Assembly: GCA_041394285.1 (NCBI GenBank)
Contig: JAWKIL010000003.1
Coordinates: 186,441 to 250,440 of the forward strand
DNA from: Acidimicrobiales bacterium
GTDB lineage: Bacteria > Actinomycetota > Acidimicrobiia > Acidimicrobiales > SZUA-35
Reading direction: 5' to 3'
Length of the DNA stretch: 64,000 nt
Within the stretch, counting starts at the first letter, position 1, and every line of letters starts with the position of its first letter. Of this stretch, positions 63,500 through 64,000 are shown one piece after another. The notes under the pieces were generated by a model, which searched no databases, was not told where the DNA came from, and saw only the letters and a list, made by a program, of their open reading frames with translations. A program made the position numbers and the translations under genes.

Positions 63500-64000
63500 T
63501 CACAGCAGGCCCCGGGCCAGCATCACGGAGCCCAGCACGGTGAGGGTGATGGCGTACAACCGCTCCAGCCGGGCCGCCCGGGTGGCCACCGCCACCCGGG
63601 ATCCGAGGATGGAGAACGGCACCGATGTGGCCGCCAGCGTGGCCACGATCGCCCAGTCGATGTGACCCAACCAGATGTGGATCGCGGTGGCGGGGATGGC
63701 CAGCACCGTGGCTGCGGTCAGCGATGTGGCGAACGTCCGCTTGATCGGCAGGCCGAGCACGGTGAGGTACAACGGTGCCAGCAGGGCCCCGCCGCTGTTG
63801 GCCAGCAGCCCGGCCGAGAAGCCGACGCCGGCGCCGATCACGGCCGACCATCGGGTCGACGCCGGCTCCTCCGCCGGTGCCTCCTCGCCCGGTCCGCTCC
63901 ACAGCAGGCGAAGCCCGATGCCGGCGATGAGGGCATCGGTGACGAGCACGAGCACCGCTCCGGACACCCACTGGGTGACGAGCGCCCCCACCACCGTCGC
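63500..64000 (-). CDS. TauE/SafE-family sulfite exporter-like membrane protein (C-terminal part; gene continues past the right edge)
   Basis: Hydrophobic repeats with GAGVGFSAGLLANSGGALLAPL. The frame is open to base 64000. Confidence 0.6.
   Translation of the reverse strand, partial: ATVVGALVTQWVSGAVLVLVTDALIAGIGLRLLWSGPGEEAPAEEPASTRWSAVIGAGVGFSAGLLANSGGALLAPLYLTVLGLPIKRTFATSLTAATVLAIPATAIHIWLGHIDWAIVATLAATSVPFSILGSRVAVATRAARLERLYAITLTVLGSVMLARGLL

Overview
This is a 64 kb, visibly very GC-rich chromosomal segment (roughly 70% by eye, not computed). Gene content and synteny look like Actinomycetota. I support about 60 protein genes, one tRNA, one multiply frameshifted pseudogene, and several intergenic repeats and hairpins. 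Many very long ORFs in the track are GC-driven antisense or read-through artefacts and are not called.

Layout:
- 0-9 kb: a redoxin gene interrupted by one in-frame TGA, a MetE-like Zn protein, three tandem LivK-type solute-binding lipoprotein paralogs (the third decayed) and an MFS transporter.
- 9-29 kb: accessory metabolism and signalling. This includes VOC, alpha/beta hydrolase, TauD, CoA-transferase, a GGDEF-EAL protein, a Ser/Thr kinase with an extracytoplasmic 7-blade propeller, Rieske dioxygenase beta+alpha, dienelactone hydrolase, OsmC, a Mug glycosylase fusion, Uma2, NUDIX, DinB, SDR and a serine hydrolase.
- 29-45 kb: an ECF sigma with a thioredoxin-tailed partner, MarR-MFS, a fused E1 alpha/beta, a GlxA regulator, a low-complexity repeat ORF, PspC, a Baeyer-Villiger monooxygenase, a lower-GC ArsR/SRPBCC/TfoX/GNAT islet, an acyl-CoA dehydrogenase and an LLM oxidoreductase.
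- 45-60 kb: the conserved actinobacterial helicase/secretion (Tad-like) neighbourhood, followed by an anti-sigma kinase, topA, tmk, holB, GntR and tRNA-Thr.
- 60-64 kb: a membrane protein, a CPA1 antiporter, LysR and TauE.

No CRISPR array, integrase, transposase, or recognisable defence or toxin-antitoxin system was seen. The most interesting signals are:
1. A candidate UxxC selenoprotein with a SECIS-like hairpin (378..890).
2. An (AGSAxV)n-(CxG)9 repeat ORF (37333..37869).
3. A roughly 100-nt intergenic element family, one copy of which is a 38-bp nested palindrome fused to a (CACGC)9 microsatellite.
4. Unusual domain architectures: a methyltransferase remnant fused to Mug, a photolyase-like protein with reversed domain order, and a sigma-coupled protein with a TlpA-like domain.
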